Source: Macrostomum hystrix (lineage: Eukaryota > Animalia > Platyhelminthes). Taken from it: a DNA stretch of 64,000 nucleotides. The position numbers were made by a program, and so were the translations under genes. Of this stretch, positions 47,301 to 59,872 are shown in pieces. The DNA lies in NCBI GenBank assembly GCA_950097015.1, contig CATNEN010000026.1, positions 1,054,001-1,118,000 on the forward strand. The letters run 5' to 3'. The notes beneath the pieces were generated by a model. It saw only the letters and a program-made list of their open reading frames with translations. It ran no database searches and was not told the origin of the DNA. The first letter of the stretch is position 1. Every line of letters begins with the position of its first letter.

Positions 47301-48117
47301 TAAAGTAGCCCGGACAGGTTCTAAGAAAGATTTATCGTCAGTTCAATCTGACGGATGTGTTTATGCCACCCCGGCTGCTTCATTTCACAGACTTTAGCAT
47401 AAAGAAATGAAAGCTGATCTAAATAGGCTTAAGGGAAGCTTATTTAGCAAAATTTCTTCTGTGAAATAAAATTTGCGCGAATGAATTAGCACATTAAAGG
47501 ATTTGATGTATCAAATCAATCAGCCGCAGATGGCAAACGATCACTGCGCCGATTTGTCTGACGCCGCCCCCGACATCCTGCCTGACGGAGCCGGCTGGCG
47601 CTCGGCCACGCTGGTCATAGACAACGCCGGTGCCCGCATGCCCGGCACTGGGATGACACGGCTTCGAAAGTTTTCCAGCTCCGGCTACCTCACGGTGCCA
47701 GCGCACCAGCATCAGCAGCAGCAGCAGCCTTCGCGGACGTCTAATTCCTCATCGACTTCCACGCCCGACGGTGGAAGGCAGCGTCAGCAGCGGAGTCTCG
47801 CATTGAAGTCATTCAACGGCTACGAGCAAACGATCGCGACGTCAAAAAACGCATCAATTGCGTCGGCTTCGACATCGGACAGAAGCTCGCGGAAATTCTA
47901 CGGGACAATGGCAGGTGGCGATGCCGGCGTCGAGTCAACGCCCAGGCAGCTGACGGCGGATGAGAGTCGGTACGCTTCCGCCGCCAGGTTTCCAGCCATA
48001 GACAGGCAGGGCTACGCGGTGCTAGCCGGCGATACGCCGATGGGCGCGGCAGGCCTGGCCGCCTCTCTGGGCAGCCCGGTGTGCCGGACGCCCTACACGA
48101 CGTCAAGCTTTGTGTGA
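44363..48117 (+). CDS. Protocadherin, 7 cadherin repeats. Exons 44363-46967, 47187-47263, 47500-48117
   Basis: Signal peptide, six DxNDNxP-type linkers, LDRE/FDRE motifs, one TM helix. The whole ectodomain is in one exon. Junctions are phase-compatible GT-AG. Ends ...TSSFV. Confidence 0.9.
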
Positions 48118-48237
48118 CAGCTCCTGACCTACCCGAACTAATCTTGAGAACTTCTGCTTAGAAGCAAAAAGTTTTTTTTTTTTTAATTCGTTTCTGGTAG
48201 TTTCCGAGCTATCCTTTATTCCCCTTCGATTTCTCTA

Positions 48238-48962
48238 TTCACCAATTTCAGTTCCTCTGTTCACCAATCTCAGTTCCTCTATTTACCAATCTGAATTACA
48301 CTATTCACCAATCTCGGTCTCTCTATTCACCAATCTCAGTTCCTCTGATCACCAATCTCAGTCTCTCTATTCACCAATCTCAGTTCCTCTATTTACCAAT
48401 CTGAATTACACTATTCACCAATCTCAGTCTCTCTATTCACCAATCTCAGTTCCTCTGATCACCAATCTCAGTCTCTTTATTCACCAATCTCAGTCTCTTT
48501 ATTCACCAATCTCAGTCTCTTTATTCACCAATCTCAGTCTCTATATTCACCAATCTCAGTCTCTTTATTCACCAATCTCAGTCTCTCTATTCACCAATCT
48601 CAGTCTCTATATTCACCAATCTCAGTCTCTTTATTCACCAATCTCAGTCTCTTTATTCACCAATCTCAGTCTCTATATTCACCAATCTCAGTCTCTATAT
48701 TCACCAATCTCAGTCTCTATATTCACCAATCTCAGTCTCTTTATTCACCAATCTCAGTCTCTATATTCACCAATCTCAGTCTCTATATTCACCAATCTCA
48801 GTCTCTTTATTCACCAATCTCAGTCTCTTTATTCACCAATCTCAGTCTCTTTATTCACCAATCTCAGTCTCTATATTCACCAATCTCAGTCTCTTTATTC
48901 ACCAATCTCAGTCTCTATATTCACCAATCTCAGTCTCTCTATTCACCAATCTCAGTCTCTTC
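48238..48962. repeat. 22 bp minisatellite (caccaatctcagtctctttatt)
   Basis: Read directly. Confidence 0.95.
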
Positions 48963-49587
48963 CAAGTTGTGAATGCCATCCTGAATTGCTCACAGCTGCC
49001 CATATCATATTTGCCAACTGTTTTGTATTCAATGAAAACTATTCCTTTGTACTGATGTATAGTGTAAAACTTGTCTATTTTTCAAAATTTGCCTCATTTG
49101 CTACGCGCTGAAAAGCTTCATTTTTTTGGAAACTCCCGTTCTGTAATATCCAGTGACGTCAGTTTCAAACAATATATTTTTTATCGATTTTGTTTTTATT
49201 TTAATTGCTGCTTAAATGTTTTCACCATAAAGCTAAAAAAAGCTTTAAATTAGCTTATCAGGACCAACGAATATTAACTGACAATAGGTATTGTCTTCTT
49301 ATTTTGATTGGTTTGGCAAGTCACATGATACGTCGGTTCGCTAGAAGCTGCTTTGCTAGGCAATTTCAAACGCTGCCCAGCTGCTTAAATAATTGATGCT
49401 GAACTTTCGAGTGGGCGGGAGGCGGGCGCAGACCCCAGGATTAATCTCGGAATCGCTTTCAATTCAGCTCCAAACTCTTAAACAACAAATGAGCTCTGCG
49501 TGAGAAGCTTTGTCTATCTTCCCCTGACAAAATCAGTTCGCCTGATAGTGGGCTTTTTAGATTAGCCTGGCCTTGTGTGCTCAGGCT

Positions 49588-49857
<270 letters not shown>

Positions 49858-50334
49858 CTCGCTCATAGATTCTTGCTCACAGCCTCATAGCATAAAAGTT
49901 CGCAGCCCTCCGACTTTTCCTACTGAATGGATTTCAATGCGGGTTTGCAGTTTGGAGACCCAAGAAAGAAGTTGGGATAAAAATGGAATGAAAAAAGGTT
50001 GACTTCTAATGCTGCGCGAAACACTTGAGATTTTTGCGCTTGCCTGCCTGCAAGGAGGCTGGAAGTCCTTCTGCATGACTTCATCGGTTAGTCTACAGCC
50101 AACAGAAACAGCTCTCTGTGTGCCGCAAAGCTTTGAGAGAGGATGTAAAGGAGTTTTTTGTCCCTGAGTTTGGAAGAACTTCATATCTCTGGATAGGTGT
50201 CGACAAGCTTGCTCACGGTGACACGTGTCAAAGGCTGCTATTATAGTTGCTGACAGCACTGCCGCCTTATATGATCTCCACCCCAGATCTCTATGATGTG
50301 TACTGATTCTAGTGCATGATTTATCTCACCCCAA

Positions 50335-50600
50335 TATGTGTCTATTCTCCCCATCTCTATTGGATCTATCTCATCTCAGTATGTGTCTAATCTCCCCATC
50401 TCTATTAGATCTAATCGCACCCGAGTATGTGTCTATTCTCCCCATCTCTATTAGATCTATCTCATATCAATATGTGTCTATTCTCCCCATCTCTATTAGA
50501 TCTATCTCATATCAATATGTGTCTATTCTCCCCATCTCTATTAGATCTAATCTCATCTCAGTATGTGTCTAATCTCCCCATCTCTACTAGGTCGATCCCA
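50335..50600. repeat. ~45 bp degenerate tandem repeat (~6 copies)
   Basis: tatgtgtctattctccccatctctattagatct... recurring every 45-46 bp. Confidence 0.9.
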
Positions 50601-51635
50601 CACCAAGATGTGTAAACTCTTTAATATGTGTTAAGAGTTAAGTTTTCTATCACAGATCGAATCCGTCTCCAAGCCGCATTTCTAGTCGGCTGGTTTTCTG
50701 ACTGAGGCATCGCAGCAGCAGCAGCAGCAAAAATAAACGGAAATTGCCTCACACTAACTTTCGTCACCTCCAGTTTAATGCCGGGTGTCGATAATTTGGT
50801 TGCAGTCTTCGCATTGCAGATGCTACATTCTAGTTAAAGTACTGAGAGTCGAATCGTGCTGTCCCGCAGCCAAACACCCATTTTCCGGACTAGTTTAGGC
50901 TGACTGGCTGGAATAACAGTGATAACTACCGAATTGTGCAACCTATTTTTTTAATGTTTGTTTTTCATTTGGTAAATAAATTCCCTACATTTTAGCTGAA
51001 GCCTGTGTGAGTCTACCTGTTTCATCTAGTGAGCCGTGCTTAAATAAAGTTTGAGGAATGCGAAATTGTCATCTCTAAGACAAATATTCGAAAAGTTTAT
51101 TAGTTCATTCGATAGGTATTGATTCTTTTCTCCAAGTGGTGCATTAGAATTTCCTATCTGCTTTGAGTATTTTCGGGACTTTGTGTATTCGCCAGTTACT
51201 AAAAAATGTTTTTAATTGGATGATGGAGAAGCTGATATGGCAAGTGGCGGTGTTTCTGTCCACGGCAGAAGACAAATCCTTCCGTTCTCCCTCTCTCTCC
51301 CTTTGACAAAGTCTGTAATTGCGTGCTTTGCTCTTCCGATCGCCCAGTAAGATGAGCGAAATTCAGGAAATGACTGTTAGGTAGGTCAGGTTACTCTCAG
51401 GCGATTAATTTTATATAGTCTGCCCTACACCCTACACAACTTATTACATAAAAAAGTGTTATCCAATCATCTGTAGCTCGTATCTTTGAAAAAGCGAAAT
51501 GGCAATTTTCCTCAGAAAACTGCGCCGATAGCTCTCATTGTCTTGAAAGTGGAACAACAAGTTTCTGGGTCTCTCTGGGTCTTTTTGCTAACAGCTTCTG
51601 TAAAGCAAAGTTTCACGATTAGACGCTGAAGCTTA

Positions 51636-52551
51636 ATGTTCAGTTGTGTTAATGTTGCCTTCATGTTCAGTTGTGTTAATGTTGCCTTCATGTTCAGTTG
51701 TGTTAATGTTGCCTTCATGTTCAGTTGTGTTAATGTTGCCTTCATGTTCAGTTGTGTTAATGTTGCCTTCATGTTCAGTTGTGTTAATGTTGCCTTCATG
51801 TTCAGGTGTGTTAATGTTGCCTTCATGTTCAAGTGTGTTAATGTTGCCTTCATGTTCAGGTGTGTTAATGTTGCCTTCATGTTCAGGTGTGTTAATGTTG
51901 CACTGCAATCATGTTCAGATATGTTAATGTTGCACTGCAATCATGTTCAGATGTGTTAATGTTGCACTGCAATCATGTTCAGATGTGTTAATGTTGCACT
52001 GCAATCATGTTCAGATGTGTTAATGTTGCACTGCAATCATGTTCAGATGTGTTAATGTTGCACTGCAATCATGTTCAGATGTGTTAATGTTGCACTGCAA
52101 TCATGTTCAGATGTGTTAATGTTGCACTGCAATCATGTTCAGATGTGTTAATGTTGCACTGCAATCATGTTCAGATGTGTTAATGTTGCACTGCAATCAT
52201 GTTCAGATGTGTTAATGTTGCACTGCAATCATGTTCAGATGTGTTAATGTTGCACTGCAATCATGTTCAGATGTGTTAATGTTGCACTGCAATCATGTTC
52301 AGATGTGTTAATGTTGCACTGCAATCATGTTCAGGTGTGTTAATGTTGCACTGCAATCATGTTCAGATGTGTTAATGTTGCACTGCAATCGTGTTCAGAT
52401 GTGTTAATGTTGCACTGCAATCATGTTCAGGTGTGTTAATGTTGCACTGCAATCATGTTCAGATATGTTAATGTTGCACTGCAATCATGTTCAGATATGT
52501 TAATGTTGCACTGCAATCATGTTCAGATGTGTTAATGTTGCACTGCAATCA
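51636..52551. repeat. Bipartite minisatellite: 27 bp unit switching to a related 32 bp unit near 51900
   Basis: atgttcagttgtgttaatgttgccttc, then atgttcagatgtgttaatgttgcactgcaatc. Confidence 0.95.
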
Positions 52552-53085
52552 TTTTTAGATACCCCCAGTACTTGCCGGAGTAGCGGGTCTATAGCTTTAC
52601 TCTGCAATGTTTGACAGCTGCAATGTCCAAATTTCCTTACCATTTTGATATATTCCTCAAGTTTCTTATGTCTCCTGCTCTTTCCCAGCACAGAACTGAC
52701 TCCTTCTGTTGAATATATATTTCTAAAATGTCTTCCTTTCTTCAACCCAACCCGTTCGCTTGTTCTATAAGCTTGTGCAATTGCCAAGGACCTCTGAATA
52801 CAAGCATCTTATGATCAGATGCTATTTATAGTCCTTGGCAATTGCAAAGCTCTAAAACCAGCTGCAAATTGTGGACCCACAGCCACCTCTTTAACTTCCC
52901 TTCGAAGTTGAAGACATTCAGCTGAAAGCCTTAACACACTATATTAGTATTTCAATTTAATAGCTTGTATGTTGGCTGTGGTGGCCACGCGTTGCATTGT
53001 GCATTTTTAATGCTTTGATCATGACTCATTAGCCAGTTGGGAATTTTATTTAGAGAATTCACAAAGTCTAGTCATCCGAATGAAA

Positions 53086-53324
53086 AATTCACCGAATCCC
53101 AATTCACCGAATCCCAATTCACCGAATCCCAATTCACCGAATCCAAATTCACCGAATCCCAATTCACCGAATCCCAATTCACCGAATCCCAATTCACCGA
53201 ATCCCAATTCACCGAATCCCAATTCACCGAATCCCAATTTACCGAATCACAATTCACCGAATCACAATTCACCGAATCCCAATTCACCGAATCACAATTC
53301 ACCGAATCCCAATTCACCGAATCC
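53086..53324. repeat. 15 bp minisatellite (aattcaccgaatccc)
   Basis: Read directly. Confidence 0.95.
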
Positions 53325-53477
53325 AGAATCGTCTAGCCGAATTAACGTGACATTGTGCTATTATTATGGCATAATTTTTTTAAATGCCTTGCGTAAATAC
53401 CGTTGAATAAACAATAGTGCACTAAGTTTTCTATCTGGCTTGGTAAGCAGAGCTTCGGTCTAAGACTATGTGAAAGT

Positions 53478-53529
<52 letters not shown>

Positions 53530-53651
53530 CGTGTGTGTTTGCTCACTTTGCTCAGGCACTGTGTAGGTAAATGCAAGCCAAATATTTCAAGGCTCCAGCA
53601 TAAGAGCACAGTCCCAAAACATTGTCCGACCTTCTCAATGATGATTTCAAC

Positions 53652-56600
53652 ATGAGCCAAAGCAGAAAGTCGAGGAGGACTGAAGGCGACGGCGGCCATG
53701 GCGGCAAACCCGGCAAAGCTGGTGGCGGCACCACGCTGGAAGAGGACCTACTCAGAGAGCTGAGCCGCGAACAGATGATAGAATACTTCGAAGCGTTTCA
53801 ACGCTACGATCACGACAGTAGCGGCACCATCGACACAGCTGAGCTGGCCGACATCATGACCTCCATGGGGCTGCACGTCCGGGAGGACGACCTTGACGTG
53901 CTCATCAGGCAGGTGGATGAGGACGGTGAGTCGCTGCGGCCTGTGTGACAGTGTCTGTGTGACAGTGTCTGTGTGACAGTGTCTGTGTGACAGTGACTGT
54001 GTGACAGCATCTGTGTGACAGCATCTGTGTGACAGAGTCTGTGTGACAGTGTGTGTGACAGTGTGTGTGACAGTGTCTGTGTGACAGTGTGTGTGTGACA
54101 GTGACTGTGTGACAGCATCTGTGTGACAGTGTCTGTGTGACAGTGACTGTGTGACAGCATCTGTGTGACAGGGACTGTGTGACAGTGTGTGTGACAGTGT
54201 GTGTGACAGTCTGTGTGACAGTCTGTGTGACAGTCTGTGTGACAGTGTATGGTGATATTGTGTGTGACAGTGTCTGTGTGACAGTCTGTGTGACAGTCTA
54301 TGTGACAGTGTATGGTGATAGTGTGTGTGTGACAGTGTATGGTGATAGTGTGTGTGACAGTGTATGTGACAGTGTATGGTGATAGTGTGTGTGACAGTGC
54401 ATGTGACAGTGTATGGTGATAGTGTGTGTGTGACAGTGTATGGTGATAGTGTGTGTGTGACAGTGTGTGTTTGACAGTGTGTGGGACAGTGTCTGTGTAA
54501 CAGTGTGCGTGAGACTCACTAAAATGAGGATATTTTCATTGGAATCAGTTGCTAATCTAAATCTGCCCAATTAGCTTAAAAGCGCCGGCCGGGTGCTTCC
54601 TTCCTGGAAATGTTCATCGCAAAAATCGTCAAAGAAATGAAAGAAATTTGAGTCGGGTTTGGGATTGGAAAATCCTGATGCTGCTGTTGCATTTGCATCC
54701 GATTCTCTCCCAGTCTGCTCAGCTTTTATACCTTGCTCCCCAAATTGATAATCCCCATGTTGCCATTTTTTGCTCAGTCGGTATTTTTTGCTGGGGCTGA
54801 AGACGATACAAAGCTATTAGTGATGGGCGGACAAAAGACCCGTTCTGGGATTGGCATCTCGGGTTTTCATCCCAACCTGACTCCGAGTGCATTTTGTAAC
54901 GCAGAGTAGACAGGGTAGGAGACGAACTGCAAGGCTGACTAGTCCATTGAACTGCGTTCCATTAGAGCGTGAGCCGGTGCACTGAGTGAGCTCATGAGTT
55001 AATGTATGTGTTTGTGAGCTCATGAGTTAATGTATGTGTTTGTGAGCTCATGAGTTAATGTATGTGTTTGTGAGCTCATGAGTTAATGTATGTGTTTGTG
55101 AGCTCATGAGTTAATGTATGTGTTTGTGAGCTCATGAGTTAATGTATGTGTTTGTGAGCTCATGAGTTAATGTATGTGTTTGTGAGCTCATGAGTTAATG
55201 TATGTGTTTGTGAGCTCATGAGTTAATGTATGTGTTTGTGAGCTCATGAGTTAATGTATGTGTTTGTGAGCTCATGAGTTAATGTATGTGTTTGTGAGCT
55301 CATGAGTTAATGTATGTGTTTGTGAGCTCATGAGTTAATGTATGTGTTTGTGAGCTCATGAGTTAATGTATGTGTTTGTGAGCTCATGAGTTAATGTATG
55401 TGTTTGTGAGCTCATGAGTTAATGTATGTGTTTGTGAGCTCATGAGTTAATGTATGTGTTTGTGAGCTCATGAGTTAATGTATGTGTTTGTGAGCTCATG
55501 AGTTAATGTGTTCGTTTGTGAGCTCATGAGGTAATGTGTTTGTTTGTGAGCTCGTGAGTTAATGTGTTCGTTTGTGAGCTCATGAGTTCATGTGTTTGTT
55601 TGTGAGCTGATGAGTTTATTTTGAGTTCATGGGTTTTTGCGACCCCGTGAGTTACATTATGAGTTCATGAATTTATTAGTTTATTTGGGACTGAATGAGA
55701 CATGAAGCTCAGTTGTGTTGAGTACTCAAGCTACAATAGGCACTTGTCGTCTCATTAGAGTGGATGAGCACAAGCGGCTCACTAGAGTAGGTGTCAGGAG
55801 AAACTCAGAGGAACTATTCACATTGTATTCATCTGTAAAGGCGGGCAAATTAATTATCAATGACTTAACCATCGCTAGCTCCTGTCTCAAGTTGAGAGGA
55901 CATCGTGTTGGATTAGCCTATATTTCTAGATTTGTTGTTTGGGGTGCGAAATTTGGCAATGAAGCTGTGACGGGATTAACACTTGAAGCTTTCAATTCGA
56001 TTCTAAAAATGCTCTAAGAATTCGATTCTAAGAATGCTCTAAGAATTCGATTCTAAAAATGCTCTAAGAATTCGATTCTAAGAATGCTCTAAGAATTCGA
56101 TTCTAAGAATGCTCTAAGAATTCGATTCTAAGAATGCTCTAAGAATTCGATTCTAAGAATGCTCTAAGAATTCGATTCTAAGAATGCTCTAAGAATTCGA
56201 TTCTAAGAATGCTCTAAGAATTCAATTCTAAGAATGCTCTAAGAATTCGATTCTAAGAATGCTCTAAGAATTCGATTCTAAGAATGCTCTAAGAATTCGA
56301 TTTTAAGAATGCTCTAAGAATTCGATTCTAAGAATGCTCTAAGAATTCGATTTTAAGAATGCTCTAAGAATTCGATTCTAAGAATGCTCTAAGAATTCGA
56401 TTCTAAGAATGCTCTAAGAATTCGATTCTAAGAATGCTCTAAGAATTCAATTCTAAGAATGCACTTAGATCCACACAGTTTGCCAAAATCAAATTCTTTT
56501 TTCACCCCTGGGATTACAGGCAGCGGCAACCTAGACTTCATGGAGTTCCTGAACCTGATGGTGCGACACATCAACAAGCCGGTGACCAAGGATGAGATCC

Positions 56601-57587
56601 GCAGCGCCTTCATGGTGTTCGACACACAGAAGCGGGGTTACATCACCGTCGAGGAGCTGCGGTGACTTGCTCATTTCGCGAATTCTAAGAATTTCTTAAT
56701 TTTTGATTTTCCTGATCCTCAATGAATTTACGAGCTTTCATCATTTCAATTCCAGAAATTCAGGAGCTTAAGAACTCATATTCCTAGATTTCGGAGTCTT
56801 CAACATTCCTGATTTCCGAATTTCAGAGTCTTCAACATTCCTGACTACCGAATTTCGGAGTCTTCAACATGATCCTGATTCCCGAATTTCGGAGTCATCG
56901 CCATTCCTGATTCCCGAATTTCGGAGTCTTCACCATTCCTGATTCCCGAATTTCGGAGTCATCGCCATTCCCGATTCCGAATTTCGGAGTCATCGCCATT
57001 CCCGATTCCCGAATTTCGGAATCATCGCCATTCCCGATTCCCGAATTTCGGAATCATCGCCATTCCTGATTCCCGAATTTCGGAATCATCGCCATTCCTG
57101 ATTCCCGAATTTCGGAATCATCGCCATTCCCGATTCCCGAATTTCGGAATCATCGCCATTCCTGATTCCCGAATTTCGGAATCATCGCCATTCCTGATTC
57201 CCGAATTTCGGAATCATCGCCATTCCTGATTCCCGAATTTCGGAATCATCGCCATTCCCGATTCCCGAATTTCGGAGTCATCGCCATTCCCGATTCCCGA
57301 ATTTCGGAATCATCGCCATTCCTGATTCCCGAATTTCGGAGTCATCGCCATTCCCGATTCCCGAATTTCGGAGTCATCCATTCCGGATCCCCGAGTCCCC
57401 ATATGGATACAGATTTTATATGTTTAATTATTTCAGCAATCAAATCTTAACTTTCAGCACCATTCTGACAACCCGCGGCGACCGCATGACCCTGGAGGAG
57501 GCCAATGAGATGATAGCCGCCGCTGACATCAACGGCGACGGCATGATCAACTACGAGGAGTTCTCGGCCGCTCTGGTGGACAAATAG
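53652..57587 (+). CDS. Calmodulin-like 4-EF-hand protein, 181 aa. Exons 53652-53925, 56520-56661, 57458-57587
   Basis: EF loops DHDSSGTIDTAE, DEDGSGNLDFME, DTQKRGYITVEE and DINGDGMINYEE. Junctions are phase-compatible GT-AG; 546 nt in total. Confidence 0.92.
53941..54510. repeat. Intronic gtgtgaca-type degenerate satellite
   Basis: Read directly. Confidence 0.9.
54989..55610. repeat. Intronic 28 bp minisatellite (gagctcatgagttaatgtatgtgtttgt)
   Basis: Read directly. Confidence 0.95.
55995..56462. repeat. Intronic 25 bp minisatellite (ttcgattctaagaatgctctaagaa)
   Basis: Read directly. Confidence 0.95.
56790..57390. repeat. Intronic 32 bp minisatellite with an internal quasi-palindrome (gattcccgaatttcggaatc)
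   Basis: Read directly. Confidence 0.92.
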
Positions 57588-57859
57588 CAGTTAGCATATA
57601 GAATTTTCTGATCAAGTTATCAATTCGGACTACTATGAGTAGACTGATACAAACTCAACCGAAAGCAGTAAACATAGAAAAACTGTGTGCTGTAAATACA
57701 CGCCCAGCGTCTAATATAAAGTTGAAAAATGCTAATACTCTTGAAGTGGTGGCTTCAAATATATTATCGACTGAATTTAATCGAATTCGATCATTTTCTG
57801 ATAGTGCTGATTTGGTGAAGTGGTGCTGCCATAGGCTCTTCACTGTCTTATACTCGTAT

Positions 57860-59150
57860 CTCTTCCTTGTCTTATCTCTCTTTTCTCATCACTCTCACCT
57901 CTCTGCCGTGTCTCATCTCTCTCTCGCCTCACCTCTCTGCCGTGTCTCACCTCTCTGCCTCATCTCTGTCTCATCTGTCTCATCTCTGTCTCATCTCTCT
58001 CTCTCATCTGTCTCATCTCTCTCTCGCCTCACCTCTCTGCCTCATCTCTCTCTCATCTCTGTCTCATCTCTCTCTCTCACCTCACCTCTGTCCCATCTCT
58101 CTCTCATCTCTGTCTCATCTCTCTCTCTCTCGCCTCATCTCTGTCTCATCTCTCTCTCTCGCCTCATCTCTGTCTCATCTCTCTCTCTCGCCTCACCTCT
58201 GCCTCATCTGTCTCATCTCTCTCTCTCGCCTCATCTCTCTCTCATCTGTCTCATCTCTCTCTCGCCTCACCTCTCTGCCTCATCTGTCTCATCTTTCTCT
58301 CATCTCTCTCTCATCTGTCTCATCTCTCTCTCTGCCTCATCTCTCTCTCATCTCTGTCTCATCTCTCTCTCGCCTCACCTCTCTGCCTCATCTCTCTCTC
58401 ATCTCTGTCTCATCTCTCTCTCTCGCCTCATCTCTGTCTCATCTCTCTCTCGCCTCACCTCTCTGCCTCATCTGTCTCATATCTCTCTCTCATCTCTGTC
58501 TCATCTCTCTCTCATCTGTCTCATCTCTCTCTCGCCTCACCTCTCTGCCTCATCTGTCTCATCTCTCTCTCTTCTCTCTCTCGCCTCACCTCTCTGCCTC
58601 ATCTGTCTCATCTCTCTCTCTCTCGCTTTATCTCTGTCTCATCTCTCTCTCACCTCACCTCTCTGCCTCATCTCTGTCTCATCTCTCTCTCTCGCCTCAC
58701 CTCTCTGCCTCATCTCTCTCTCATCTCTCTCTCACCTCACCTCTCTGCCTCATCTCTGTCTCATCTCTCTCTCTCGCCTCACCTCTCTGCCTCATCTCTC
58801 TCTCTCGCCTCACCTCTCTGCCTCATCTCTGTCTCATCTCTTTCTCTCGCCTCACCTCTCTGTCTCATCTCTCTCTCGCCTCACCTCTCTGCCTCATCTC
58901 TGTCTCATCTCTCTCTCGCCTCACCTCTCTGCCTCATCTCTGTCTCATCTCTCTCTCTCGCCTCACCTCTCTGCCTCATCTCTGTCTCATCTCTCTCTCG
59001 CCTCACCTCTCTGCCTCATCTTTGTCTAATCTCTCTCTCTCGCCTCACCTCTCTGCCTCATCTCTGTCTCATCTCTCTCTCTCGCCTCACCTCTCTGCCG
59101 TGTCTCATTTCTCTGCCGTGTCTCATCTCTCTGCCGTGTCTCATTTCTGC
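57860..59150. repeat. Pyrimidine-rich (CT/CA) low-complexity satellite
   Basis: Read directly. Confidence 0.95.
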
Positions 59151-59872
59151 TTGTCCTATCTCTTTCGTGTCTCATCTTTACTGTCAACCAAACCCAATGC
59201 GGTCAAATGAGACTAAACACACAACTCACTAAAAATTAGCTGAACTGACTGAGCTCAAACAAAAGTTTTTTGACAGCATTTACAAATATTGTGAGCACAT
59301 TCAATGTAAATACTATATATTAGAAGTTATAAAAAAACTCTACATATTTGTACTTCGTTTCTAACAGGCAGCAGCAAAGGGGCAGTTGAAAACATTATCC
59401 TGCGCATTATTCAACAATTCAATTGCACCAGTTCAAAGTATTCAGCAGTATATGCGATTCGATTGTTTATAAAAAACAAAATGGGCTGCAAAATAGACTA
59501 ATTGAGCTAAATTGTGACCCGCACACTTCCCAACCAAGTGTTATCAAGTGACAAATTTTAGCAAATTGAAAATCTATTATATTGACACAAGAAAATCCGT
59601 TGCATTGCAGGCCTCCTCAGTTTGACGCGACACAAAACTCAGGGGACTAAAAAACCGAATAAACAATGTGCCTGGGATTAAAATGGTTAGCATCTTAACA
59701 ATGGGATTAGGGAAGACACGGAAATCAAGCAAACAAGAAATTATTTATAACAGATTAGAGGACTGTGTGCTGCATCGGTCATTTCGTATATTGCAAACTA
59801 GCGCTATGACAGACTAATATGCAAAACAAAATCAAAGCAGCAGCAGCAGCAGCAGCAGTAGCAGCAGCAGCA

